Below are positions 18,970-28,205 of a stretch of 64,000 nucleotides of DNA, piece after piece. A program made the translations under genes and the position numbers. Numbering within the stretch: position 1 is the stretch's first letter; each line of letters starts with the position of its first letter. The notes beneath the pieces were generated by a model. It saw nothing but the letters and a program-made list of their open reading frames with translations. It had not been told where the DNA came from and ran no database searches. Source of the DNA: a virus (Duplodnaviria > Caudoviricetes); IMG/VR virus record IMGVR_UViG_3300031813_000016, positions 2,338 through 66,337 of that record; one strand, written 5' to 3'.

Positions 18970-19623
18970 ATGGGTATTTTTGATGCATTTGAAAAAGCAG
19001 CAATAAAATCAGGTATATGGATTCCTGATACCAAAGAAGCCCCTGTAACAAAACAAGATGATAGTATAAAAAATACAACAAGCCAAATACTTCCATTACA
19101 AACTCCTTCTTTTTCACAGGATTCACAAATTCCTGATGAAAATATTTTTAATGCTATTTTACAGAATATTAATAATTCAGTTAAAGATAATAAAGTTAAA
19201 ATATTATTAGATACTGCTGAAAAAATGAAGGTAAAGATACAAGACGAAGGAATGAGGCTCCAAGGTGCTGCAGCAGTATGTGGTTTAACATCAGATGATT
19301 TATTTTTAACACTTAAACAACTGGAAGATAGTTTACATGTTGAAGTATCAAATTTTACAGTAAATGAAATTCCAAGAATGGAAAATGAAGTCAAAAATAT
19401 GCAAAATAATCTTGAAGAAACAAAAGCAACAATTGAAGATTTAACTAATCAATTAGAAGAAGCTTCAAAAAAGCAAACTGAATTAATGCAATTAATTAGT
19501 TCTAAACAATCTGAAAATAATACTACTGTTAATATTTTTAAAGCAACTGCTGAAAAAGTTCATGATTATCTCACCCAAATTTCAAAGAAAGTTACTATCT
19601 ATATTCAGGAGGGTACAAAGTGA
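18970..19623 (+). CDS. Coiled-coil protein, first gene of the PspA/ABC operon
   Basis: 217 aa, long heptad C-terminus; overlaps the next gene (GTGA). Confidence 0.7.
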   Translation: MGIFDAFEKAAIKSGIWIPDTKEAPVTKQDDSIKNTTSQILPLQTPSFSQDSQIPDENIFNAILQNINNSVKDNKVKILLDTAEKMKVKIQDEGMRLQGAAAVCGLTSDDLFLTLKQLEDSLHVEVSNFTVNEIPRMENEVKNMQNNLEETKATIEDLTNQLEEASKKQTELMQLISSKQSENNTTVNIFKATAEKVHDYLTQISKKVTIYIQEGTK

Positions 19624-20633
19624 GTGATACCAATATTAATAGAAATTTTTGGGGAACTAATGAAGGCACATGGGCGATGATAATAGGGGTGCCTTTAGGA
19701 ATAGCATTCTTATTTGGGTTCATTTTTAAACTAGTTCCATTAATTATGGTTGGTCTTAAAATGGCTGCGATGGCTGGTTTCTATATGATTGCTATAGGAA
19801 TATTAGCGTTTATAGCAATCATACTTATTGCTGCTGCTCCATCAATTTATAAATATTTAATGTTTAGATATCAGCTTTTAATAACTGCGGCATATCGTTC
19901 TATTTGGGAAGAAAAACCAGAAGAAGTTTATGAGTATGCAACTAAAGAGATAGCAAAAAGGAGGGAAGTTCTTTCAGCTGGGCAAAGACAAGTAAAAGGA
20001 GTTATGAATAATAATGATTCAATTTTAGCTAACTTTTCTTTAGATTTTGACCAGAGAAAAGCAAAAGCTGAAAGATTGCAGCAAAATGGTGATATGCAGG
20101 GAGCTCAAGCTGAATTAGTTAGAATTGGTAAACTTATGGAAGCTGGAAAAAATATGGCTGAAGCAAACCAAAAAGTTAAAATGTTCTATGATAAATATGT
20201 AAGGGGATTAAAAGCTTTAGACCAAGTTGAAGAAGATGCAAAATTAGATTTTCAAATTTCTTCTGGTAATTACCAAGCTGGAAAAAGTTTATCAAAATCT
20301 TGGGGTATGATGAAACAAGCATTCAAAGGTCAAGCCTTTGAAGATGATTTAAGGTCAAACTCGTTACAATTTATGAAACAAGATTTCCAACGTAAAATGG
20401 CAAATGTTGATGTATGGTCTGAAGAATGTGAAACTACCATAAAGCATATTGAGGATAAGAATCTTGATTATGCTGATGGTGCTTTGGCTATGTTGAACAA
20501 AGTAAATTCAATGGATTTTGGTTCAATTATCAAAAAACCTGAGCAGATCCAATTTAGTTCAGCTCAAGTATTAGATGTAACACCAGTATCAACTTCAACA
20601 AGACCATATTCTGAGATGATTAATAAAAAATAA
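19620..20633 (+). CDS. Membrane-anchored PspA/IM30-like protein
   Basis: Two N-terminal TM helices, then a helical pattern (PEEVYEY..KEI, KAKA..QQNGD..AQAEL, FMK.D...KMA) resembling PspA. Confidence 0.55.
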   Translation: MSDTNINRNFWGTNEGTWAMIIGVPLGIAFLFGFIFKLVPLIMVGLKMAAMAGFYMIAIGILAFIAIILIAAAPSIYKYLMFRYQLLITAAYRSIWEEKPEEVYEYATKEIAKRREVLSAGQRQVKGVMNNNDSILANFSLDFDQRKAKAERLQQNGDMQGAQAELVRIGKLMEAGKNMAEANQKVKMFYDKYVRGLKALDQVEEDAKLDFQISSGNYQAGKSLSKSWGMMKQAFKGQAFEDDLRSNSLQFMKQDFQRKMANVDVWSEECETTIKHIEDKNLDYADGALAMLNKVNSMDFGSIIKKPEQIQFSSAQVLDVTPVSTSTRPYSEMINKK

Positions 20634-20650
20634 AAGGAGGTGTTATTTTT

Positions 20651-20767
20651 ATGGGTTGGGTAGTATTTGTACTGGTGTCGTTTGGAGGAATCCTTGGTTA
20701 TTGGATACGAGGTTGGGTTGATAAAAGGAGAGCTAAAAAGAAGGAAGAAATGGACAAGGAGAAATAA
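20651..20767 (+). CDS. Small single-TM protein (38 aa)
   Basis: GGAGG RBS; MGWVVFVLVSFGGILGYWIRGWVDKRRAKKKEEMDKEK. Confidence 0.65.
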   Translation: MGWVVFVLVSFGGILGYWIRGWVDKRRAKKKEEMDKEK

Positions 20768-21003
20768 TGCCAGAAATTTTTCATACTCCAAATAAACCAA
20801 CAAATGAAGAAGCAAGATCTGAATATATCATTTTTGATTTATGTTTTATAATTGCAACAGGAGGGTATATTCTTAGTAGTTTCAACCTTTACAAAGCAAT
20901 TCCACTAATGATTTTTCTTTTAGTTCTTGATTATTTCATTATTGGTTTCATAATTAAATTAATAAATAAAAAGAAAAATATAACAATTAAAGGAGATAAT
21001 TAA
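20767..21003 (+). CDS. Small two-TM membrane protein
   Basis: 78 aa with two hydrophobic segments. Confidence 0.65.
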   Translation: MPEIFHTPNKPTNEEARSEYIIFDLCFIIATGGYILSSFNLYKAIPLMIFLLVLDYFIIGFIIKLINKKKNITIKGDN

Positions 21004-21004
21004 A

Positions 21005-22909
21005 ATGGGGCTTAATCCAAACATATCTAAATTCGGAAAGTTGATTGGAATTGCAGCACTTGTTGGAGGTGTTGTTTTTTATGGAACAAGACCTGGTCAT
21101 TTCATGAGTATGGATTCAATAAAAGCAGTATTCCAGAAAAAAGTTGATCTTCCTAGTGTTGCTCCACTCAAAAATGTTACAAATGTTCCTCTCCTTCCTT
21201 TACCTTCAAAAAATGTTATTGGAACTGGTCCTAGCTACAGGGTTGAAGTTGCTCCTTGGAGTGCCCAAAATGGAGCATTCCTTGCTAATGGTGGACCTGT
21301 TACAACTGAGGGATCTATCCTTGCTGGTCTTGGTATTACCAATTTAAAATTCATTAGGCAGGATAGTTTTAAACAACAATCGGATGACCTTATTGCTTAT
21401 ATGAAAGAATGGAAATCAATGGGTGGTGGAAAAGCTAATCCCAATAAAGGTTGCCAATTTATATCTTTAATGGGTGATGGTTCTTCTTCATACCTAAGGG
21501 CAATCGTTGCTGAATTAACATCTGCTGGTTTTCATCCTCAAATAAAAGTTGCTCTTGGAAAGAGTGCAAATGAAGATGGATTCTGGGGTCCTAAAGAATG
21601 GAAAGATAAACCAAGTTCTATGAAAGGTGGAGTTGTTATTGGGGTGCTGTATGATGGGGATATGAACCTACCTTTGAAATATTGCCCGGATAATGATGTT
21701 CAAATGAATCCCAATATTAAGACATATGATCCTGATCGTATGAATATTATTCCTGCTCAAGATGATGATTTCCTAAAAGCAGTTGACCAATATAATGTTG
21801 GGGTTACAGAAGAACGTGAAATTTCACATAATGGAATTCTCACTGGAAAGAAAATTAAAATTACCACAGATAAATCAAAATCATCTACTACAAGTTTTAC
21901 TATAGCTTCAACTATTGGCGGTACACTTTATGTTGAAGCAGGTGTTGTTACATATACACCCGGAGACGTAAGAATTACAAAAGGAAAAGGTGGTCTTTTT
22001 CCAATTGTAACAACTTATGATTATTATTGGCAGATGCCTGATTTCCTTGTAACAACTAAAGAATGGGCAGATGCAAATCATAATGAAGTTAAGTCTATCA
22101 TCAAAGGTTTCTTACTTGGTGGTTCACAAGTCAAAGTTCATGATAAAGCTTTATTCAGAGCATGTGAAATTGCTTGTGATTTATATAAAGGAACTGGAGA
22201 AGAAGGAACTCCAAAATTCTGGTATACCAACTTTAAGAAACATGAAGTATCAAGTCCGGATGGTTCAGTTGATAAAGAAGGAAAACCTACAGGAAAAACT
22301 ATTCAAGTTAATGTAGGTGGGTCTATGAACTTCTCAATTGAGGATAACATTGTTGCATTTGGTCTTGAAAAAGGAGATGGTGGACCTGCTCAATCAACCT
22401 ATACAGTTTTTGCAGATAAAATGGTTGAATTATGGCCTGATAAGATGAAAGATTATCCTGCATTTCAAGATGTTTTTGATCCTTCATTCTTAAATGAAAT
22501 TACAAAAGAAACCACACTCAATCAAGAATTAACAATGAAACCTGATGTAGATGGTGCACCAATTCGTGAAACCATATCTACATCAAATAAGTCAATTCAA
22601 TTTATATCTGGAAGGTCTGAATTGACAGCAGAAGGTCGAAAGGAATGTAAAAAGCTTTTTAACGATGAGAATATTACCGGTCTTAAGCTTTTAATTACTG
22701 GGCATACTGACCGACATGGTTCTCATGAAACAAATATGAAACTTTCAAAAGATCGAGCAGAAACAGTTAAAAGGTTTTTGGCCAATCTTGGGTATAAAGA
22801 AGACTTAATTGATACCGATGCAAAAGGTGATACTGAGCTTCTTGACCCTGCAAATAATAGTACTGCTGATGCAAAGAATCGTCGAGTTGTGATCCAAATG
22901 GGTAGGTAG
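21005..22909 (+). CDS. ABC substrate-binding (NMT1/SsuA-like) + OmpA C-terminal domain fusion
   Basis: N-terminal anchor. SBP-like ..VTYTPGD..DFLVT.KEWADAN..VK.IIKG. OmpA motif IQFISGRSELT..LLITGHTDRHG....NMKLSKDRAETVK.FL...G...NRRVVI. Confidence 0.85.
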   Translation: MGLNPNISKFGKLIGIAALVGGVVFYGTRPGHFMSMDSIKAVFQKKVDLPSVAPLKNVTNVPLLPLPSKNVIGTGPSYRVEVAPWSAQNGAFLANGGPVTTEGSILAGLGITNLKFIRQDSFKQQSDDLIAYMKEWKSMGGGKANPNKGCQFISLMGDGSSSYLRAIVAELTSAGFHPQIKVALGKSANEDGFWGPKEWKDKPSSMKGGVVIGVLYDGDMNLPLKYCPDNDVQMNPNIKTYDPDRMNIIPAQDDDFLKAVDQYNVGVTEEREISHNGILTGKKIKITTDKSKSSTTSFTIASTIGGTLYVEAGVVTYTPGDVRITKGKGGLFPIVTTYDYYWQMPDFLVTTKEWADANHNEVKSIIKGFLLGGSQVKVHDKALFRACEIACDLYKGTGEEGTPKFWYTNFKKHEVSSPDGSVDKEGKPTGKTIQVNVGGSMNFSIEDNIVAFGLEKGDGGPAQSTYTVFADKMVELWPDKMKDYPAFQDVFDPSFLNEITKETTLNQELTMKPDVDGAPIRETISTSNKSIQFISGRSELTAEGRKECKKLFNDENITGLKLLITGHTDRHGSHETNMKLSKDRAETVKRFLANLGYKEDLIDTDAKGDTELLDPANNSTADAKNRRVVIQMGR

Positions 22910-22932
22910 TAAAATAACAAAAGGAGAATAAA

Positions 22933-23253
22933 ATGGGATTTCTTAAAGATGCAGCAGAAAAAGTTGAACAACTTGGTGGTAAAGTTGTAGAAGGAGCTCA
23001 AGCTCTTGGTGAAGCTGTGCAACATGGAGTAAATTCATTTAACGAAAAACTGCAAGAAAACCTGGGAGGGTCTATGGAAACCAACGAAGTTAAGGAAAGT
23101 GTAGCAAAATTCTGTTCACGTTGTGGCGGTGCTCTCAAAGATCGTCCGGAAGAAGTTGATGGGGATAAAGAATGCACAGTTTGCAGTCATATCTTCCATG
23201 AATGTGACTGTGGTTGCCACGGTCTTTGCGACAAGGGAATTAAACAAGCATAA
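22933..23253 (+). CDS. Hypothetical protein with C-terminal Cys/His zinc-ribbon cluster
   Basis: CSRCGG, CTVCSH, CDCGCHGLC. Confidence 0.65.
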   Translation: MGFLKDAAEKVEQLGGKVVEGAQALGEAVQHGVNSFNEKLQENLGGSMETNEVKESVAKFCSRCGGALKDRPEEVDGDKECTVCSHIFHECDCGCHGLCDKGIKQA

Positions 23254-23266
23254 TAAATAAACTGTC

Positions 23267-23298
23267 ATTGGGACTCCTGGGAAACTAGGAGTCCCAAT
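23267..23298 (+). promoter_or_regulatory. Intergenic GNRA-capped hairpin before the permease RBS
   Basis: attgggactcctgg-gaaa-ctaggagtcccaat, no U-tract, followed by GGAGG and a GTG start. Confidence 0.6.
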
Positions 23299-23308
23299 CG
23301 GAGGAATT

Positions 23309-24091
23309 GTGAAGTGGTTATTTATACCTAATACAAAGTTGAATCATAATCAATATATTTTAGTTAGAGTTTTCATTTACTCTATTATCCTTTTTATATG
23401 GTCTTTGAGCCATTCAACATTAATCCCTCCTATTCAAAAAATAATTTTTTCTTATCAATCTTTAGTAGTTCAAGATAAATTATTTCTTGAAATATTAACC
23501 AGCTCTATATTATTTGGAAAATGTCTTTTCTGGGTGATTTTAATTTCTTTTATATCTTCATATCTATCAGTAATTCCAATAATAAATCCTGTAGTACAAT
23601 TAGAAGCAAAGTTTAGAGCAATATCAATTGTAGGTATTCAATTGTTTTTTACCACAATAGCATCAGATGATTATCATTTAAAAATATGGATTATTGGTTT
23701 CTTTACAACACCATGGTTGATAACATCAATGCTTGATATAATTAAAAATATCCCACCCGAAGAATATGATCATGCAAGAACATTAAGATTTCCTGAATGG
23801 TATGTAACTTGGCATGTTGTAATTAGAGGTCAGTTTCATTTAGTTATGGATGCAATTATTCAAGTTTCATTAATGATTGTAGTATTCCTTCCTGTAGCTG
23901 AAAAAATTATTAAATCAGATGGAGGTATTGGATATCTTTTAACTAGTCTTGAAAGATTCCATGACAATACAAAGATCTATGCTATTGATATTTTATTAGT
24001 TATTTTAGTTTCATTATTAATAACTATTCTTAAATGGATTAGAGATTTGTTTTGCCCTTATGCTGAGAAAATTGAAGGAGTACAAAAATGA
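23309..24091 (+). CDS. ABC transporter permease (NitT/TauT, SsuC-like)
   Basis: Multiple TM helices; EAA-like IPPEEYDHARTL...W..V..HVVI; AEKI...DGGIGYL. Confidence 0.85.
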   Translation: MKWLFIPNTKLNHNQYILVRVFIYSIILFIWSLSHSTLIPPIQKIIFSYQSLVVQDKLFLEILTSSILFGKCLFWVILISFISSYLSVIPIINPVVQLEAKFRAISIVGIQLFFTTIASDDYHLKIWIIGFFTTPWLITSMLDIIKNIPPEEYDHARTLRFPEWYVTWHVVIRGQFHLVMDAIIQVSLMIVVFLPVAEKIIKSDGGIGYLLTSLERFHDNTKIYAIDILLVILVSLLITILKWIRDLFCPYAEKIEGVQK

Positions 24092-24876
24092 GTCAAACTC
24101 TTTTAAAAATAACTGACTTAAGACATAGTTTAGGTGGTAAAATAATATTAAAAAATTTCAATGGAAAAATAGAAACTGAAAAAATAGATGAAGGACATGG
24201 TGAAATTATAGCAATACTTGGGCCTTCTGGTGTAGGTAAAACTACATTATTTAAAATTCTTTCAGGTATTATATATCCAGATAAAGGAACTATTGAATTG
24301 TTGTCCAGAAAAGACAACATGAAATACATACATCCACGCCAAGGTGTTATGGGTGTTGTTGCTCAAAAATATCCTTTATTTAAACACTTAACAGTTTTAG
24401 ATAATTTAAAAGTTACAAAAAAATCAAAAGATGAATGTATTGAAATGTTGAAATCATTTGGTTTAGAAGAACATGTTGATAAATATCCATGTGAATTGTC
24501 TGGAGGCCAACAACAAAGAATTGCAATAGCTCAACAGATATTATGTAGCGATCAATTTTTATTATTAGATGAACCATTTTCAGGTGAAGATTTACTTTCA
24601 AAATGTGAAATTTGTAAAATGCTAAAACGTACTGCAGATTTAAATGAAACAAATACCATCATAGTTATAACACATGGTATAGATGAAGCAATAAAAGTTG
24701 CAAATAAAATTTGGCTAATTGGTAGAGATAGAGATGAGAAAAAAAATATTATACCAGGAGCATATATAAAAGAAGTAGTTGATATTGATGCAAAAGAAAT
24801 GTCACGAAAATGTTGTAGCACCCCACAATTAAGAGAAGTGTCAGATTACATAACTAATAAATTTAAGGATCTATAA
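24088..24876 (+). CDS. ABC transporter ATP-binding protein (TauB/SsuB-like)
   Basis: GPSGVGKT, VAQKYPLF, LSGGQQQR, LLLDEPFS, ITHG. Confidence 0.95.
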   Translation: MSQTLLKITDLRHSLGGKIILKNFNGKIETEKIDEGHGEIIAILGPSGVGKTTLFKILSGIIYPDKGTIELLSRKDNMKYIHPRQGVMGVVAQKYPLFKHLTVLDNLKVTKKSKDECIEMLKSFGLEEHVDKYPCELSGGQQQRIAIAQQILCSDQFLLLDEPFSGEDLLSKCEICKMLKRTADLNETNTIIVITHGIDEAIKVANKIWLIGRDRDEKKNIIPGAYIKEVVDIDAKEMSRKCCSTPQLREVSDYITNKFKDL

Positions 24877-24877
24877 T

Positions 24878-25027
24878 ATGAAATATCTTTTAATTCTTAT
24901 TATACTTTTATTATTATGTTACATTTGTTGGTATGATATAATACTTCTATTTTCATGTTTAATTGTTATATCATTTTTAGGATTTATTTGGCAATTTAAA
25001 AAATTAGGAAAAATTAAGGAGAAATAA
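24878..25027 (+). CDS. Small membrane protein (49 aa)
   Basis: MKYLLILIILLLLCYICWYDIILLFSCLIVISFLGFIWQFKK...; not in the ORF track. Confidence 0.5.
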   Translation: MKYLLILIILLLLCYICWYDIILLFSCLIVISFLGFIWQFKKLGKIKEK

Positions 25028-25030
25028 ATT

Positions 25031-25579
25031 ATGTGGTATCCATTGTTGGTATTTGGTAGTATTATATTTTGGATAGTTATTGGTCTTGATATTTTAGTTT
25101 CAATAATTTTTATCTATAACGAGAAACCTAAAGCATTAACATGTTATTTAATTGGAGTTATTGCATTCTTTCAACTATTTAGTAATGTAAATATTTGGAA
25201 ATTATTCGTAAATAATTGGTTTACTTGGGTATGTTATTTTGTAGTATATCTAATAGTAGGGTTTGTTTGGTCAATATTTAAATTTAAGATGAAAACTTTA
25301 GAACATAAAAAATTATTAGAAACTTCACAAATAACATCTCATTCAGCAGAATATCAATGTTCATTTGAAGCACTATCTTCTGATGTTGCTAGTTGGGTAA
25401 CATATTGGCCCTTTTATGTAATAGTGTTTTTAATTGAAGATTTTATAACAAAAATTATAACATTTGTTTGGGATGCATGTTTAGTTGGAATATTTAAAAG
25501 AATTTATAATAATGATGTAAACCCAATTTTAAGAGAAAGAATTAAAGAAAGAGACGAAAAAGGAAAAAGAAGAACATAG
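25031..25579 (+). CDS. Membrane protein
   Basis: 182 aa, 3-4 TM segments, W..YWPF motif. Confidence 0.7.
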   Translation: MWYPLLVFGSIIFWIVIGLDILVSIIFIYNEKPKALTCYLIGVIAFFQLFSNVNIWKLFVNNWFTWVCYFVVYLIVGFVWSIFKFKMKTLEHKKLLETSQITSHSAEYQCSFEALSSDVASWVTYWPFYVIVFLIEDFITKIITFVWDACLVGIFKRIYNNDVNPILRERIKERDEKGKRRT

Positions 25580-25606
25580 AATGAACAATAGAAGATAAGT
25601 TGTATT

Positions 25607-25639
25607 AAAATTGGGATAAGTCTTTCCCAATTTTTTTTT
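25607..25639 (+). terminator. Intrinsic terminator
   Basis: aaaattggga/tcccaatttt stem plus T9. Confidence 0.8.
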
Positions 25640-25656
25640 AAGTTTTATATCTTCTG

Positions 25657-25672
25657 CTATATATATTAATTA
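25657..25672 (+). promoter_or_regulatory. Early-type promoter motif CTATATATATTAATTA
   Basis: Exact 16-mer; tttaag upstream. Confidence 0.65.
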
Positions 25673-25725
25673 CTAGGAAGAAGTATCTGTTTGTAAAATT
25701 AAAAACAGGAAGAAAGGGAGAGTAA

Positions 25726-26076
25726 ATGCAAGTTCAAGGTATGAACCCACAGGAAGCAATGGTAGCTCGCAAGCTGGTGAACGAAATCATCAGGAATCAG
25801 TACAAGATCAGAGTCTTCGCAGAATTTGATCTTCGGTCATCTCGGGAGAGGTTGAGAAGTTATTCTTCATCTCCAAACACGATCTGCACCCTGTTTATTA
25901 ATAGGGTCGGAACAAAGTGTGTTGCAGTAGAGCCCGACGGGTCTATTACCATAATAGATCCGAAAAAGAATCTGATGGGAGAACCAGTGGAATCAATCGT
26001 TAATCACTTTCAAAACCTGATGATCGAAAAGATTCAAAAGTGGAACACTTACCTTAGTAGGGTTACAAAAAAATAG
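25726..26076 (+). CDS. Hypothetical protein, visibly more G+C-rich than its surroundings
   Basis: 116 aa; GGGAG RBS; has its own promoter motif and terminator. Confidence 0.75.
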   Translation: MQVQGMNPQEAMVARKLVNEIIRNQYKIRVFAEFDLRSSRERLRSYSSSPNTICTLFINRVGTKCVAVEPDGSITIIDPKKNLMGEPVESIVNHFQNLMIEKIQKWNTYLSRVTKK

Positions 26077-26091
26077 ATAACTGTTTAAGAG

Positions 26092-26118
26092 AATTGGGGC
26101 ATTAGCCTCAATTTTTTT
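26092..26118 (+). terminator. Intrinsic terminator
   Basis: aattggggc-atta-gcctcaatt plus T-run. Confidence 0.75.
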
Positions 26119-26150
26119 CTTCTATTTTATTTTAAGTTTTTTATTGTCTA

Positions 26151-26166
26151 CTATATATATTAATTA
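26151..26166 (+). promoter_or_regulatory. Early-type promoter motif CTATATATATTAATTA
   Basis: Exact 16-mer; tttaag upstream. Confidence 0.65.
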
Positions 26167-26295
26167 ATAGAAGGATTTAATTTGTTATTTTAAGGAGACA
26201 ATTATGTATTATGTTTATCTCCATGGTTACATCTACATTATTTTTAAACAATATTGTATAGAAGTTACTAATTTGGAATTTAATTGGAGATAATT

Positions 26296-26544
26296 ATGAA
26301 TATACAAATGACAGCATTTGATTGGTTATGGGAATTAAACCTTTCGTGTTGTGGATTTTTTAGTGTTGAACGACCAAAACAAAAAGAACGAGTTAGTAAC
26401 AGTGAAATGAGAAGATGGTTTAAAAATGGTTTTATACAAATGAATGAAAAAGTAATTTTAGATTGTAATGAAATAATTGATTCAATTGATACTATAACTT
26501 TGTTTTCAAATAAACGTAAAACATCTTTTAAATTTAAGGAGTAA
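26296..26544 (+). CDS. Stand-alone S4-like RNA-binding domain protein
   Basis: VSNSEMRRWFKNGFIQMNEKVILD....I....L..NKRK resembles the TyrRS C-terminal S4 domain (S.SEARR.I.QG.V.IN.....D...GKRK). Confidence 0.6.
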   Translation: MNIQMTAFDWLWELNLSCCGFFSVERPKQKERVSNSEMRRWFKNGFIQMNEKVILDCNEIIDSIDTITLFSNKRKTSFKFKE

Positions 26545-26548
26545 AAAT

Positions 26549-26743
26549 ATGAAAAAAGAAATATTAACTGAAATATTTGATTCTTCTATAACTCCAGCTG
26601 CTAAAAAGATAATTCACCAAATGAGAAGGTCAAAGCCAAATACAATGTTTAATATTGGTTCAACTTTATGGTTTATAAATAAACCTGATAAATTATCTGA
26701 AAAACCTCATGATATGTCTTTTTCATTATTTAGAATGTTATAA
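26549..26743 (+). CDS. Hypothetical protein
   Basis: 64 aa, AAGGAG RBS. Confidence 0.6.
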   Translation: MKKEILTEIFDSSITPAAKKIIHQMRRSKPNTMFNIGSTLWFINKPDKLSEKPHDMSFSLFRML

Positions 26744-26972
26744 GGAGATAATTAATAATGCCCAGATATAGTATAACTTGGATTGGTGGAAAAAAAGAAA
26801 TAATGAAAGGTGATAAATGATAAATACTAAAGAATTAACAAAAGATTTAAGTATTAAAGAATTAAGAAATTTAGTTTCAGAATTTGAGAAAGAACTATCT
26901 AAAAGATTACATAAAGATCATGTATTAACTCATTATAAAAATTTTCAATACCATGAATAAGGGATTTAAATT

Positions 26973-27263
26973 ATGATTCCAGATATAACTCACCCATTAG
27001 GAAAGAATATAGTTCAACCTGATAAAAATAAAATAGTTATTGATGAAACTCATGCCATTATGAGTACTAAGATATTAAATCAATTATCAGAATATTCTTC
27101 ATCTATACCTACTGGAGTTTATGAAGGAAAAATGTGGAAATGTAATGATAGAAAAGGAGGTTGGTTATTATGTTGGTTTGGTCCTTCTAAAGATCCAACA
27201 ATGTGTTCTATAAATAATAGAAAAATAATTATTGATGATTTAATTATTGGAGTTAATTTATGA
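26973..27263 (+). CDS. Phage-type hypothetical protein (YSSSIPTGVYEGKMWK motif)
   Basis: 96 aa; overlaps the next gene (ATGA). Confidence 0.65.
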   Translation: MIPDITHPLGKNIVQPDKNKIVIDETHAIMSTKILNQLSEYSSSIPTGVYEGKMWKCNDRKGGWLLCWFGPSKDPTMCSINNRKIIIDDLIIGVNL

Positions 27264-27466
27264 TAAAGAAAAATTATAGTCTCAGTTTACAAAATGAAAT
27301 GAAAGAAGAAATAAAGAAAATATCTCATTCTAATGGTAATAGTATTTTAGAAACAATTAGATCATTTATAAGAATTGGTTTATATTTACATAAAATGAAA
27401 GAACTAGATCCTAAAACTGAAATAATTATTAAATCTAAAGAAAAAGATCATCTTGTAATATTTTAA
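27260..27466 (+). CDS. Ribbon-helix-helix-like DNA-binding protein
   Basis: N-terminal beta strand NYSLSL, then helices EMKEEIKKIS..G.SILETIR..I..GL. Confidence 0.55.
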   Translation: MIKKNYSLSLQNEMKEEIKKISHSNGNSILETIRSFIRIGLYLHKMKELDPKTEIIIKSKEKDHLVIF

Positions 27467-27476
27467 AGGAGTAAAC

Positions 27477-27638
27477 ATGGAAATATATGAAGTTTATAAA
27501 GGATATGGTTTAAGATATGTTCAATTAGTTGGAACTTGTTTTATTGAATATAGTGGAGAAGTAATAGATTATACAAATGGAGGAATAAAATCTATTGAAG
27601 AAGCAAAGAAGCTTTTGACAAAGGAGAAATATAAATGA
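27477..27638 (+). CDS. Small hypothetical protein (53 aa)
   Basis: AAGGAG RBS; translationally coupled to the next gene. Confidence 0.6.
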   Translation: MEIYEVYKGYGLRYVQLVGTCFIEYSGEVIDYTNGGIKSIEEAKKLLTKEKYK

Positions 27639-27931
27639 GTATGTATGATGTTAAAGAAGATTCATATAAAGAAACAACAAATGAAATGGATGAAAGAGCG
27701 GCTTTAGCTATAAGAAAAACTTGGGAAAATATTAGTGGAGATTGGATGGATCTATTTGGTAAATCATCTATATCTAGAAAAGAAATGTTAGAAGGTGTTT
27801 TAGATGCAAATAGAATAGAAAATTATGGTGGTGATGTTGAAGCTGCAACATATATTTATTGGGTTGATAAATTTAGACCAAAAGAATTTAAAAAGTTTTG
27901 TACTATATATTTATCTAGAAGGTACTACTAA
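27635..27931 (+). CDS. Hypothetical protein
   Basis: 98 aa, coupled ORF. Confidence 0.7.
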   Translation: MSMYDVKEDSYKETTNEMDERAALAIRKTWENISGDWMDLFGKSSISRKEMLEGVLDANRIENYGGDVEAATYIYWVDKFRPKEFKKFCTIYLSRRYY

Positions 27932-28167
27932 TGAAAGAAAAACAAGAATTAATATCATATGTTATTATATATGGAATAATGGAAAAGTCACCAAATATTC
28001 AAAGTAGACTTTACGCAAATGCAGTTTTAAAATATAACATGATGGGTAAAAATTTACATGATCAATTAGCATATGTTATAATAAATTTATCTAGTTGGAA
28101 AGGAGAAGAAGCTAGAGAATCAAAAATAAAAATTAAATTATGGATGAAACAAAATGAGGTGAGATAA
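27931..28167 (+). CDS. Hypothetical protein (LYILSNL..WRG..AR..K-like motif)
   Basis: 78 aa; QLAYVIINLSSWKGEEARESK. Confidence 0.65.
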   Translation: MKEKQELISYVIIYGIMEKSPNIQSRLYANAVLKYNMMGKNLHDQLAYVIINLSSWKGEEARESKIKIKLWMKQNEVR

Positions 28168-28205
28168 TAGAAGTAGATTTTAATCTTGGTAAATCATAAA
28201 AAATA

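Noticed and set aside
18873-24821. Opposite-strand or alternate-frame ORFs (18873, 20564, 21144, 22071, 22723, 24093, 24413, 24552)
   Set aside because: They overlap well-supported genes of the coupled operon; shadow ORFs.
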